Assembly (NCBI RefSeq): GCF_016433145.1
Contig: NC_058134.1
Coordinates: forward strand, 47,849,135 to 47,913,134
DNA: 64,000 bases
Direction of reading: 5' to 3'
Source: Gracilinanus agilis
Lineage: Eukaryota
Positions 52,047 through 64,000 of this stretch are shown piece after piece. Below the pieces are notes generated by a model. The model was given only the letters and a program-made list of their open reading frames with translations. It did no database searches and was not told where the DNA came from. The position numbers and the translations under genes were made by a program. Position 1 is the first letter of the stretch. Each line of letters opens with the position of its first letter.

Positions 52047-52196
52047 CTTTCTAATGAAGAAGCAATAAAGAACATCACCCATTGGACCCTATTTAATTAT
52101 TACAATGCCTCTATGTGGAATGAGAGTGTGACTCGGCCCCCACTTCATCCAGCAGATGTGCCCAGAGGTTCTTGTTGGGAGACAACAGTGGGCATC
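52047..52196 (+). CDS. TMC2: Coding exon, 150 nt, extracellular glycosylated loop (human exon 13 equivalent)
   Basis: ctttctttctag|CTT ... ATC|gtgagt; LSNEEAIKNITHWTLFNYYNASMWNESVTRPPLHPADVPRGSCWETTVGI, with three N-X-S/T sequons. Confidence 0.96.
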
Positions 52197-52261
52197 GTGA
52201 GTAATATCAAATTATATATTTATTTATTTTTGTATTCTAAGTTTAAATTTTATTTATACTA

Positions 52262-52428
52262 GTTTGGTTTTTTTTTATTTTTGTTTTAATTTTATTTCAT
52301 TGATTAATTAAGAAAATTTTTCCATGGTTTCATGATTCATGTTCTTTCTCTCCCCTCCTCCCACCCCATTCCCATAGCCAATGTGCAATTCCACTGGGTT
52401 TTACATGTGTCATTTCCATATTATTGGT
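52262..52428 (-). mobile_element. L1 3' end fragment
   Basis: tttttccatggtttcatgattcatgttctttctctcccctcc...cccatagccaatg.gcaattccactgggttttacatgt. Confidence 0.85.
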
Positions 52429-53896
52429 AATAAATTATATATTTAAAACTTAGAATATATATACTTAAATTATATATACATTTAAATGTACATATACGTT
52501 ATATATGTATTAAATGTGTATGTATAAAATATGTATATGTTTAAAATATATATTTTAGTGGATCCTATCATTACCCAACATCTTTTTATTTCTTTGCCAC
52601 TTTCATAATTTTTCTAAACCATGAAAATGTCACATCTATTTTCTTCAGTGAATTCTAGCCCCCTGCTTGAGCCCATTTTCTCAATTTTCTATACCTTTTT
52701 TTCCCACATGCCTCCTATAATTAGCACAGAACATAACTGAGATATTTATTTAAAAAGAAGAAACCCCACCAATGACGGTGGCCATGGTGATTCACATTGG
52801 TGCAGAGTATTATACTACCTAGATTCATATTTTTTCCCGGGGTGTATGACACATGCTTCCTAGGAACAAAATTCAAATGTGCACATTGTCTGTTTAGATG
52901 ATTCATTTGGCTTTTTCCAGACCACTGAATGACCCATGTAACTGCTGTGCCATCTACTGTGAAATCTTTGCCTTTCAGCAAGTTAGAGCACTGGTCTGGA
53001 TATCTGTCAAAGGAAATACAAGAACCGTGGGAGTAAAATGTTGTAGATCTTCACCAAGTGACTCAGGCTTAGTGGCAAAGTTGTGTCGTGGTGGGGATAG
53101 GGTGCAAAGGAGAGAAGGGTATTTGTGTACTCTGCTCTGACAAGGCTAAAATGAACTCACCCAGAGAACCATCCAAGCTGACATGGAAAATGGAGTGTGG
53201 CATTTTTCCAGTAATTCCCTTTGTAGTATAGTAGCAGTAAGGGAAGGAGAGCATCAAAGTCATAATGTTAAGGCACAAAGGAACCTTAAAGATCATCTAA
53301 TTTAACCTCTGTTTGGGAAACTGAGATCTAGAGATCTGACTCAGATCATGAAGCAAGGCTGTGGTGGAACTGGGTTTTGACTGTGGGTTGCCTGACTCCC
53401 ACCCTAAACTTCCCACTGACTAGTCCTTCCCTCAATAGGCATCCAATTCCAAAATAAACAGGGCAAATACATTAGTCAAGATCTATTACTTTTTCATTAT
53501 AAAATTCATTTTCCAGATATGCTGTAAAAGGGAATTTTTTATTCCCTTTGTCTATTTTAAGTGAATCAATCAGGAACTTGAAGTACCCCTACTTAAGACT
53601 TAGTAAGTTACTAACAAAGAGAGTTCACACTTACTTAGTCATTAACATTTAGTCCTAAAAGACCACAAGCACTGCCTCCCTGGGCATTTTTAACCCTTAC
53701 AATGCTGAACTAATACTTCAATAATACTAGGGGAGAGAAGGAGGGAGGAAGGAAAAGCTTTTTCATGTTATGGCAACTGACCTTTACTAATCTGCCATGG
53801 CTTCTACCTAATCCATAGACTAGTCTCATACACTACTTCAATCTCTCATCTACTTTCTTTCTTTTTTATTTTCACCTAATCTACTATAATAATTTC

Positions 53897-54095
53897 TTTT
53901 TTTTAGACCTTTACTTTCCATCTTAGAATCAATACTACGTATTGGTCCAAGGCAGAAGAGTGGTAAGGGCTAGGCAATGGGGGTTAAGTGACTTGCCCAG
54001 AGTTACCCAGCCAGGAAGTGTCTGAGATCATAGTTGAACCCAGGTCTTCCCATCTCTAGACCTGGCTCTCTATCCATTAAGCCGCCTTGCTACCC
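53897..54095 (-). mobile_element. SINE1_Mdo-like SINE
   Basis: T tail, then ctttactttccatcttagaatcaatact...ggcagaagagtggtaagggctaggcaatggggg. Confidence 0.88.
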
Positions 54096-54354
54096 TTGTA
54101 CTAGCTTCTTAACCAGGTATCACACTTTGTTTCTGTCCTTTCTCATATATCCTTCACACTATGGACAGCATAATCATAAGTCTGGCCACATCATTCTTCT
54201 GCTCAAAAATCTTTTCTAATCCTCTATTGTCTACAGAATTAAATAGAAACTCTTAAGCTTAGCATTCAAGGTCTTCCTCTTTCTTACAACAAAGCAGATC
54301 TTATTGTGTCCTACCCACTTTCACACCTTCTGCATTCCACCGAAACTGATCTAG

Positions 54355-54592
54355 ATATTTGGTACAATAAAAAACATCATGAGTGGTCCTGGTCTCAAAT
54401 CTGACCTCAGACACTTCCTAACTGTATGACCCTGGTCAAGTCACTTAACCCCTACTGCCTAGCCCTTACCACCCTTCTGCCATGGAACCAATACACAGCA
54501 TTGATTCGAAGACATAAGGTAAGGCTTTTTTAAAAAAAATCACTTATTGGAACCTATTTAACTATTACAATGCCTCCATGTGGAATGAAGAG
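54355..54592 (+). pseudogene. Relic partial duplicate of the 52047-52196 exon, interrupted by a SINE
   Basis: Joining 54365-54379 to 54543-54589 matches 52063-52124 at 55/62 nt and encodes IKNITYWNLFNYYNASMWNE versus IKNITHWTLFNYYNASMWNE. Confidence 0.85.
54380..54535 (+). mobile_element. 5'-truncated SINE1_Mdo-like SINE inserted in the exon relic
   Basis: tcaaatctgacctcagacacttcc...gcctagcccttaccac...ggaaccaatacacag; 11/12 TSD taaaaaacatca (54368-79) / taaaaaaaatca (54531-42). Confidence 0.88.
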
Positions 54593-55806
54593 ACTTTAAA
54601 AAATCTTATTCCTTTATTCAAGGATGAGCAATTCCATGAAGCCTTTCCTGAACTATGAAGGGTTTATCATTCCTTAATGATCCTATCTCATTATGTTTCA
54701 ACCACTTCTGTTCATTTATCAGATAATATTTGTTGGTTATCTCCATATTAAGGTCATCACTCCTACTAGATAGAAAGTTCCTTAAGGGTAGAAACTGTTT
54801 TCTTCAACAAGCATTTAACATTTACTTAACAAATGCTAACTATATGGCAAGTACTGGGTTCACAAAACCAGAAGGAGGAAAAAAAAATAGTCCCTGCCCA
54901 AAAGAAGTTTACATTGTAATAGGAGAGAGAATGCATACTTATTTGTAAATAAATATATGACATGCAAATGTGAACAACACAGGCTGATTTCATGAGGGAT
55001 GACTTAGTAGCAGATTTGGGTGGGAGAATGGGATTAATAGAGATTTAATGAAGAAGATGTTACAGGAACTGAATTATAAAGAAGATAAGGTCATCTAAGA
55101 GACTGAGGAGGGAGGGCCTTCCAAACATAGGGGAAAGTCAGTGAAAAAGCACCAAGACAGGAAATGGGGTATACCAGTTCCTTTGTGCATCCCCAAAGCT
55201 TTGAACAATCCATTGTACATATTAAGCTTTTAGTCCTTGCTTACTTGATCAAATGAAACCCATGGCCTAAGGCGATGTATAGGTTTGGAGAGAACTGTGA
55301 ATAGTTATTTAGGACTTCTACAATTTAACAAACCACCCAGATGTGATGAATAAAAGCAACATATAACAAGACTTCTGTAATAGGTGCACAGGTGGATACT
55401 TGCAGCCAGCTATTATTTAGTCTTTTCTGCTTCCAAAGATTTTTGGAGACCCCCCTGCACTTCCTAATAATTGGAAAGAATGTAGAGCTCTTCTCATTGT
55501 ACCGAAGAAACACCAAAAAATAAGCTTGAGTGACTTATCCAGTGTGCTACTGTGATTTGGTCCAAGATGCCCACAGATCCCCTGAGTCATGCTTTCAGTC
55601 TGTTTTTGAAACTTAATGCCTTTTCAATGGGGCATGAGATTCTGGGTCATCTTCTCAAAATAAACCAGAAGGGTCCATGTCTGGTCTTGGGGAGAAGCGA
55701 CTCTATTGCCCCAAAACATCAATGAGTAGAAGTCAAGAGGCAGTACTGACATCCTTGAGGGAAAAACTACACCACCAATGGCTCTTTTCTTTTCTTCCCT
55801 TTTCAG

Positions 55807-55935
55807 GAATTTGTGAGGCTCACAGTATCTGACATCCTGGTGACATTTATAACTATCCTGCTGGGAGACTTCCTTCGGGCTTGCTTCGTCAGATTCATGA
55901 ACTACTGTTGGTGTTGGGACCTGGAGGCAGGATTT
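55807..55935 (+). CDS. TMC2: Coding exon, 129 nt, TM6 (human exon 14 equivalent)
   Basis: cccttttcag|GAA ... TTT|gtaggt; [43 protein letters not shown]. Confidence 0.97.
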
Positions 55936-57635
55936 GTAGGTCATTGTTTTATAGGCCTTTGGTGCAAATGTTTTTAACTCCTTTATTTTATTTTTATATG
56001 TAGGTTTGTGGATTTTTTTTAATGCCTAAGGACAGACTATTTGTTATTTCCAAGAATGGAAGTGTCTACTCTGCACTTTCTGTAGGCAAGGAGATTTGCT
56101 TGGAGAAGGGAAAACATAGCTTATTCCAGTTTAATTTATACTATGACCTTCTAAAATGGTAGTCTTTGACGTAAGAAAAATTTAGTCAATACATTTAGGT
56201 GTTACTTGGATGGCTGCCATAGATGTGTGATGATGGGAAGAGTTATTAATGAGGCCAGAAGACCAGAAGAGTAAAGGAGAGCGAGAGAAGAGCAAAAATG
56301 GAATCAAAAGAAAAAAACAATGTAAGAAAGCTTTATTTCATTTTAGGAAGTGCTAGACAAGTCAAATAATGGCATGATTTTCAGTCCATTCTTTTGGAAT
56401 AAACATTAAGACAGGGCCTTTCATATCCAATTGTTTCATTATTTAGTCAAGAGACATTAATGAAATACCCGCTCTCTGCAAAGCACTATCTTAGGTGTCA
56501 GGGATACAAAAACAAAAATAGTCCCTGCCCTTAAGCAGGTTGCATTCTGTTGTACTTTTATTTCAGTTAAATCAGCTCAGTTGATGTTAGCATTTTGGCA
56601 ATATTGCCTTTCTCAAGTCCATGCCATTAATATAGCAATGACAAATCAACAAACCACAGTCCAGCTACACAGGGTTCTTCTTTCTAGCTCAGTTATGAAA
56701 GTCTACAATCAACTAAAGTCCCAGTATTCATACAAGCTCCCCAAAAAGGAGCCAATGAACCAAAAAGCTAAAATTTCTTATGGACAAGATTGTTATTGTT
56801 TATTCATTTCACTCATGTTCAATTCTTTGTGTACTGTTTGTTTGGGTTTTGGGGGGGGGTTGGATTTCTTGGCAGAGATACTAGTGGTTTGCCATTTCAT
56901 TCTCCAAATCATTTGATAGATGAGAAAACTGAGGCAAATAGGGTTAAGTGACTTGCTCAGGGTCACAGAGCTTGGACAAGATTAGAACAAGTCATAAGTC
57001 AACTTTGTACTTTCTCCTCCTCTTCTTTCCCTTCCTACTTCAAGGTGGACCTTAACTATAGGACTATCTTTTAAAATGTCCTCATTATTGCATGAAACTC
57101 AGATCCTGTCCCTGATTAGTAAATAATGATGGCTTATAAACTTGGAATTCTCTTCCTTTATTGCAGGGCTGAAGCCCTCAAGCTGGAGATTTAGAAGCCA
57201 AGCAGCATTTGTCAAGCAATTAGCATCTCTGAAAATCTAAATGTAGATTTTCCCCACAGACATATAGCCCATCTCCCCATGTTCCCATTGTCTCCATGAA
57301 AGGTTACTTAAGCTTGCTTGGGACTCCCCTGGCAAGTGCAAGCAATCCTATCTAATTCCAGTATAGTTAGTGCTTTTTAAAGGGCTTTCTTTGCACCATG
57401 GAATGCACTCTAGGTTGAGGAAGGAAAGGAGTACACATGTCCTGCCCTAAATCACAACTGTTAAACTTCGCAGGCATCTTTTTATGGAGAAATATAAAAT
57501 ATTTAACATTTTATTAATTATTTCTATATTAATAATATAGGAAGTAATACAAATCTATATTCCTTGTTCTTATAGCTCTTCTCCATCCCCTTTCCCCCTG
57601 CCCCAACTATGTCTTTGGAGCTTGGTCCCATTAAA

Positions 57636-57889
57636 TATTATTGTTGTTTAATCATTTTCAGTCATGTCCAACTCTTCACGACCCTTTTTGGGGTTTTCTT
57701 AACAAAAATACTGGAGTGGTTTGCCATTTCCTTCTCCAGATCATTTTACAGATGAAGAAAACAAGGTCAACAGGCTTAAGTGACTTGACAAGGGTCACAC
57801 AGCTAGTAAGTATCTAAGACTGGATTTGAACTCATATCTTCCTGACTCCAGATCTGGCACTTTATCCACTGTGCCACCTAGTTCCCCAC
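57636..57889 (-). mobile_element. MAR1-like SINE with TSD cccattaaa
   Basis: cagtcatgtccaactcttcacgacc...ggggttttc...gagtggtttgccatttccttctccag...tatccactgtgccacctag. Confidence 0.88.
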
Positions 57890-58349
57890 CCCATTAAAGA
57901 TACAGGAATCTAAAAACTGGATGCCCATATTAAGTCCTTCCAAGGCCCAATAGCAAGTTAGCCAGCAATTCTTTCTCAAAAGAAACATAATTGGAAGCTT
58001 CAGGGGACAGAGACTTAGTCCAGATTCCCAAGGCGGGGAATGCCATTTCTTCCTAGCCAGGGTCTATCAAAAGCTCCATGCAGCATTATTATATATATGA
58101 GATATGTCCTGGATCACAGGAGGTAAGAGAATATATGGCTTCTTAGGCTGTTGCCTGCTCCTCTGGGTCTTATTCAAACCAAAGGCATTATATAGTACTG
58201 GGAAAGTGGAGAGCCCAACCATGAGATGTGTTGCCACCTGGGCTCCACTTTCTTTACTTGGGGCTTGAAATTTAACAGTTTGTGCAATACTTTAGCAGAG
58301 ATGTCTCTCTGGGTACATGACCATTATCATCCAAAAGACTACCAAAAGA

Positions 58350-59490
58350 ATGGGTTCTTTTTTTTAAGTTTTATTGATAGGTTTTATTTTAATATTATAA
58401 AATTGTACAGATTACTCCCACTCCATGAGAGAAAATAAAGCAATATATTTGGAAAAGTCATAAAATATTCTGTCTGTAGAACCCTCCCCCAATTCTCTGA
58501 TTTTTAAAATTATTTTTAAGAAATGAAATCTCTTTTCTCTCCCTCTTACCCTTCTATCCCTTTGGGATAAAAAAAAAGAGAGAAAATAAAAGCAAATCCC
58601 TTGTTACAAATACTCACAGTTAAGGAAACTATATTCCTTCATTGAGTATATACAAAAATAGAATATGTCTCATTCTGCCCCCTAAATCTATCACTTGTCT
58701 GTCAGGAAGTAGATAGTATATTATTCCATCATTGGTCCTCTGGAATAGTGGGTGGTCCTTATATCAATCATAGTTTTATAGTTTTTAAAGTTTTTCTAAG
58801 TGTTGTTGTAGAAATTGTTCTCCTGGTTACTTTATCAATCCATACAATTCTTTTCATTGTCTTTGAAATTATCTATTTCCTCATCTCTTAGAAAATATTC
58901 AATCACATTCATATACCACAACATATACACCCATTCTTCAATTGAGGAACATTAATTTAGTTTCTGATTTTTTTGACAACACAAAAAGAGCTGCTATAAA
59001 TATCTTTGTATATATAAGAACTTTCTCTCTTTCACTGATCTCTTCTGGTTATAGGCTTAGCAGTGGTATAGCCAGATGAAAGGAAATATGTTTAGTATTT
59101 TTTTTGTGTATAATTCCAATTTGTTTTCCAGAACAGTTGTACCCATTGAAAGGTCCACCAACAGTGCATCAGTGTTCCTAATTTCCAACAGCCTCTCCAA
59201 CATTTATCATTTTCCTTTTTGGTCATCTTTGCCACTATGATATGTATGAGTTGGAATCTCAGAGTTACAGTAATTTCCATTTCTCTGATTAATCGTGATT
59301 TGGAGCTATTTTTTTTACACATAGCTATACATTTTTTTAACACATGGCTATAAAAAACCTGAGTTTCTTCCCTTGAGAATTGCTTGTTCATCTCCTTAGA
59401 CTATTTATCAATTAGGAAATAGCTCTTATATTTATATATTGAAAGCCATTCCTTATTTATCTTAGAAATGAGACCTTTATCAAAGACATT
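58350..59490 (-). mobile_element. Older L1 3' fragment (ORF2 C-terminus plus 3' UTR)
   Basis: ORF 59092..59391 reads NKQFSREE...IREMEITVTLRFQL...KENDKCWRGCWKLGTLMHCWW, the L1 ORF2 CCHC region. Confidence 0.9.
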
Positions 59491-60369
59491 TTACCTGAGG
59501 TGAGAAGGAGGAAGGAATTCTTTTCTATTTTTATTTACCTCATTAGTTAAAGGTCCTTTTCTTCAATATTCAGCCGAGACCTTTAAAAAACAAACAAACT
59601 CTAAAAGCAAGGAAAAGCCTACAAGAAAACTATGTTCACACTGAGTAATCTGGGTTGTTTCTTTCATTAACAAATAGGTTTGTTTGTTTTTTATCCCTCT
59701 TACAGAAATCTTTCAGTTTTATATTATTTCTTCACTTTCTTTTTAGTCCTTCAGGGAATTTATAATCTTTTATCTTTACCAGAAGCCTTTCACTTCCATA
59801 CACTGGGGTTAAGGATCATATTTGCTACTTGTCTAAGAGGATAGCTCGTTTATAATTGAACTATTTGATGGCAGAATTCAACTGAGTTCTATTATTTTCC
59901 TCTACTCTGCCATCTTGGTTGGCTTTTTTTTTCCCTAAAGTTACATTACATCATCCCTTAACCTGTCAATACCATTACATGCTCTGATTTCCTGGGGCTA
60001 GAGCTGTGCATTCTCATTGCTGACTGGGATACTATGAATGTTGCATTAAGACAAAGAGAATCCAGCTGTAGGAGGTTTTTCTGGATCTTGTCACATTTCT
60101 GTCCATCCTACTGCTAAGAATCTTTCCTGGTCATTTCCCTAAAGCAAAGACTTTTAATAAGGTTTTTCCCCCTCCTCATTTGGCCCTAGAAAGAATAAGA
60201 AAAATACAACATAAAGAATCATTTTCATATTGAATCCTCTTTTGTATCCTAACGTATGGAAATGCACTTTTATGGGCCATTTAAGTTAATTTTTTTTATT
60301 CAGAAACAGAAAAGTAAAATACGATATAGGACAACACAAAGAACACTTATTAAAGGTAGGTGTTGGAAT

Positions 60370-60600
60370 GGATAGAATGCTAGAAAATGAGTCAGTAAGA
60401 TCTTAGTTCAAATGCTGCCTCAGCCACTTACTACCTATGTGACCCTGGGTAAGTCATTTAACCTGTTTGCCTCTATTTACCCATCTGTAAAATGGTAATA
60501 ATAATAGCATCTACCTTCCAGTATTGTTATGAGGATCAAATGCATTAATTATGGTAAAGCACTTTGCAAACCTTCCAGTGCAGCATAAAGGCTAGCTACT
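60370..60600 (+). mobile_element. MIR (representative of many MIR/L2 fragments in the window)
   Basis: gttcaaatgctgcctcagccacttactacctatgtgaccctgggtaagtcatttaacc...ctgtaaaatggtaataataatagc...gaggatcaaatg; similar copies near 13880, 17230, 24390, 41340 and 44300. Confidence 0.85.
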
Positions 60601-61712
60601 CACTATTACTATATAAATACTATGCATGGAGCACTGCACTCAGAAGTCAATAAGCATAAATTTTAAGTAAGATTTGGTTTTTAAATGTCTACCATGCTTT
60701 AGGAATTTTGTCAGACTAGTGACTTAAGAACTATAAAAGACTTCCTTAGATCAAAGCACAGAACCTGGAACTCTTCAAGGAAAGTTTTGGATTATCAATT
60801 TCTTTCTTTCCTCTACATTTGGCTGAATTTTCCCCCTTCTTAACTTGGCTTCTTTTTCTACTCCTCCCCAAGAATCCTTTTCTTGAGAAGTATAAGAAAG
60901 TAGCATTTAAGGATGTCCACCGTTTAATCTTTTTTTTTCCTTTTTGCTCTTCCATACTTTACAAAATACACAATGTGTTTTATTTTTAAAGTTCAAAACC
61001 AAAAAGCAAAAATCTAAATCAAGGTTAACTTCACTGGCCTCCCTAGTAATGTTCACAGATGCTTTGATGCTCGTGGGGAAGAATTTACAAGTATTCTGTT
61101 TTTTCAAAGGTCCTCTTTTCACATCTCAAAACTTAATGAACAATATTTATCTAAACTTATTTTATTTATTGGGCTCATTCTTTTCTTGTTATTGCCAAGG
61201 AACATTTACAAGGGTAGAAGAAATAAAGATAAGTACCCTATCTTAGCTCCCCAGTAGAGGACCAAACTAAATCAAATAGACTAAAAGGGAATATTTTAAA
61301 ACTATAGCCCATAGCAGAGGAAAAAAAGCAAATTCCATTTCCTTTTTCACGAGAAGACACTAGTCAGTTAAGAAGCAAGTGTTAACGGTTTACTATGTAC
61401 CAGAAACTATGCAAAGCACAAGGGATACAATGAAAGGTAATATTTTTAAAAGGGCCTTTGGCTTCAAGAAGTTACACACATATACATAGTGTATATATAT
61501 ATTACATACATATGTAATATATATACACATTGTTGCACACATATATATGCATAAACATAGTATTGTTTAGCCTTAAAAACATGTTTAAAATCCCCTTTTT
61601 AAAAACCATGGTATTGTCAAAGAAACTGAGTCCAGTGGGAAGATGTTGGTGATGGCCATCCACTTTTTGAACTCATTTACTTATGCTTCCCCTCTTTCTC
61701 CTTTTTGGGTAG

Positions 61713-61780
61713 CCCTCATACTCGGAGTTTGACATTAGTGGAAATGTGCTGGGTCTAATCTTCAACCAAGGAATGATCTG
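61713..61780 (+). CDS. TMC2: Coding exon, 68 nt (human exon 15 equivalent)
   Basis: ctttttgggtag|CCC ... TCTG|gtgaga; PSYSEFDISGNVLGLIFNQGMI(W), the TMC signature region. Confidence 0.97.
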
Positions 61781-62702
61781 GTGAGACACTTCTTGAGTTT
61801 TTAGGGGGCACCGACTTTAGGTTATCTTGATACTTGAATTGTATCCCTAATTCAATCACAAACAATGAAGTCAATGTGAATGATAAATTTTTTTTTAAAA
61901 CTACTCATTTATATACCACTATGTGATCATAGACCAATCAATTCACCTTTATGGGCTTCAGTTTCCTCAATTGTAAAATTATTGTAGGGTAGATGATCTG
62001 AAATGCTTCTCAGTTTTCATATTTAACAATTCTATATAACCTTCCCACTTGGTTTCCTATTACTCTCTGGATTTTTCCCACATGACTCAAGCAGGTGTCC
62101 ATTTCCCCAAAGAAATGCCAGATACTCTCATTATACCTTTGTGCTATATTCTTTAGCAAAATCATCTTGCCTGAAGAGAAAAGTATTAATATATGAGACT
62201 CTAATGTGAGCATTAGTAATTGATTGATCAAGGTCCTCTTTCAAAAGATCTACTTAGAGGAAAAAAATAGAAGGGAATCAGTAGTTTCTTCCAGATGCCC
62301 TTCTGAGTTTTAGAAGTTATAGTAGAATACTGCTAATCATTAGCCTTTATTCTTCCTTTAAAGGGCTCAAATAATTTTCTGAACACCAACTCCATTTTAT
62401 TTAGAGAAACTCAATTGAGAGATCTGAGTGATTTGCCAATGGTCAAACAGCTAGACAATAGAGAAGAGATTAGAATTCAAGTCTCCTGATTCTTAATCTA
62501 TCATTTTCTCCCTTCTGTCTTATTGCTTCTTTCACATGGTTGGAGATTTCATCAAAATAGCTTCATAGATGGGTTAAGTGAAGCTCTCCAATTCCTCCCC
62601 TTCGGTAGCCTTCCTCGCATAGCTATCAAAAGCCCCTCATTCTCCCAATCTTCCTATTCCCTTCTGTTCATACTTGTTGTTGTTTTTGTTTTTGTTTCTC
62701 AG

Positions 62703-62942
62703 GATGGGCTCCTTTTATGCACCTGGACTCGTTGGTATTAATGTGCTACGCTTATTGACCTCCATGTATTTTCAGTGTTGGGCAGTGATGAGCAGCAATG
62801 TCCCCCATGAACGAGTTTTCAAGGCCTCTAAATCAAATAACTTTTATATGGGCTTGTTGCTACTCGTCCTGTTTCTCAGTCTCTTGCCAGTGGCTTATAC
62901 CATCATGTCCCTGACACCTTCTTTTGACTGCGGGCCATTCAG
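62703..62942 (+). CDS. TMC2: Coding exon, 240 nt (human exon 16 equivalent); last exon in the window
   Basis: tttgtttctcag|G ... TTCAG|gtatag; [79 protein letters not shown]. Confidence 0.97.
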
Positions 62943-64000
62943 GTATAGTACAATGGCATATGTTGGTGGGGAAGTTGGGAAACAACCTTCTAATCTTGGT
63001 TTTACATGATCAAATCCATAGCTTGGGTCCAGATTTTGAGAAAGAGCATTGGGCTCAAATCAGAATTCTGGGGGTTGAGTCCTAACTTAATCACTAAAGC
63101 CTCAGTTTCCACCCATAAAATGGACTAAGAATCTTTGTCCTCAGTTAATTACAAAGCCTTCTAATTACCACAAGGATTAAGAGAAAAAAAGAAAAAAAAT
63201 ATGATGCAAGGGAAATGAGTGAGGAGTTTAAGGTCGAAGTCCAGCCTTGCCACTTAACTTCTTGTGTTATCTTTTTGTAAATCACTACTTTCTTAAGCTT
63301 TGGTTTGCTCATTTCCAAAATTAGAAGATAAATTTCTATTTCTGTTTGGAGGTGGTAACCTGCAGGTATGGAATACTATATATAACAGTGGCTTTTCCAA
63401 CATGTTATTTCATTTTCTGAAGATGTTTTTGGAGTTCTTTGTTATAGGAATAACTCTCTGGGAAGGGAAGAAGGCAAAAGAAGCCATACAATCTTTAAGA
63501 TTCAGAGATGACTTTTAAATTAACTTCCAGCTCTCAATTCTATCAAACGAGATAATATTTGTAAAGCGATTAGCACAGTGCCCAGCACATAGCAGATACT
63601 TAATAAATGCTTGTTATCTTCCCCTTCCTCTACAGAAAATAAATTTCATATGAATGTATATGGAGTCCTGGAAGAACAGAGGTCTTGATTCCTCTACTTT
63701 GCAAAAAATTCAATTCAACATTCATTAGTCAACTGCTATGGGTATGACACAGTCCTAGCTGCTGGCATACAAGATAAAAACAAAAAGTCTCAGTTCTCAG
63801 GGAATTTCCATTCTAAATCACATCCCACCACCACCACAGAGTCCATAAAAGTCACTTATAGAATACATATTAAAAGGTTTCCTAAGAAAAAAAGGTTTTC
63901 TAAGGAAGGTAAGCTAAGGTAAAGATGATTTATAAACTGATGGAAGGCAGATTGAATTTAGACATCAGCCATTGGTTTTGACCTTCTAGTAAAACCAACA

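Larger units (their letters stand above)
5951..62942 (+). other. TMC2: TMC2 gene body, 3' partial (15 coding exons in window; remaining exons downstream)
   Basis: Manually spliced exons give one open frame of 2168 nt with TMC2 hallmark peptides ([71 protein letters not shown]). All intron phases are compatible. Confidence 0.97.

Noticed and set aside
63636-63700. Acceptor-like site followed by VYGVLEE, faintly like the next TMC2 exon (MYDVLQE)
   Set aside because: The required phase gives an immediate TAA (63640-42), the pyrimidine tract is a MIR/L2 tail, and the similarity is within chance. The real exon is outside the window.
1-64000. Prokaryotic-style novel system (CRISPR array, operon, defence island)
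   Set aside because: The sequence is intron-rich mammalian DNA with no regularly spaced direct repeats separated by unique spacers, no operon structure, and no long non-TMC2, non-TE ORFs.

Overview
This window is marsupial genomic DNA, not a prokaryotic locus. The SINE and L1 repertoire points to a didelphid, most likely Monodelphis domestica; that species call is an inference. It holds most of one + strand gene, TMC2 (transmembrane channel-like 2, a pore-forming subunit of the hair-cell mechanotransduction channel). I traced 15 coding exons from a probable start codon at 5951 to the TMC-domain exon ending at 62942. They total 2168 nt, join in compatible phases and contain no stop; the last exons lie beyond the window. 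The rest is intron filled with SINE1_Mdo-like, MAR1 and MIR SINEs, L1/L2/CR1 fragments, hAT MITEs, microsatellites and two assembly gaps. I found no new multi-gene system. The strongest unexplained signal is a diverged partial copy of the extracellular-loop exon in the next intron, split by a SINE with a target-site duplication. Other leads are a GC-AG donor plus AAG acceptor on one in-frame exon, an exon-like 73-nt unit in intron 1 that is phase-matched to the charged N-terminal exon, an in-frame upstream acceptor carrying one stop, a young hAT MITE, and a GFI1/GATA motif cluster. Repeat family names and orthologue comparisons come from memory, not database searches.
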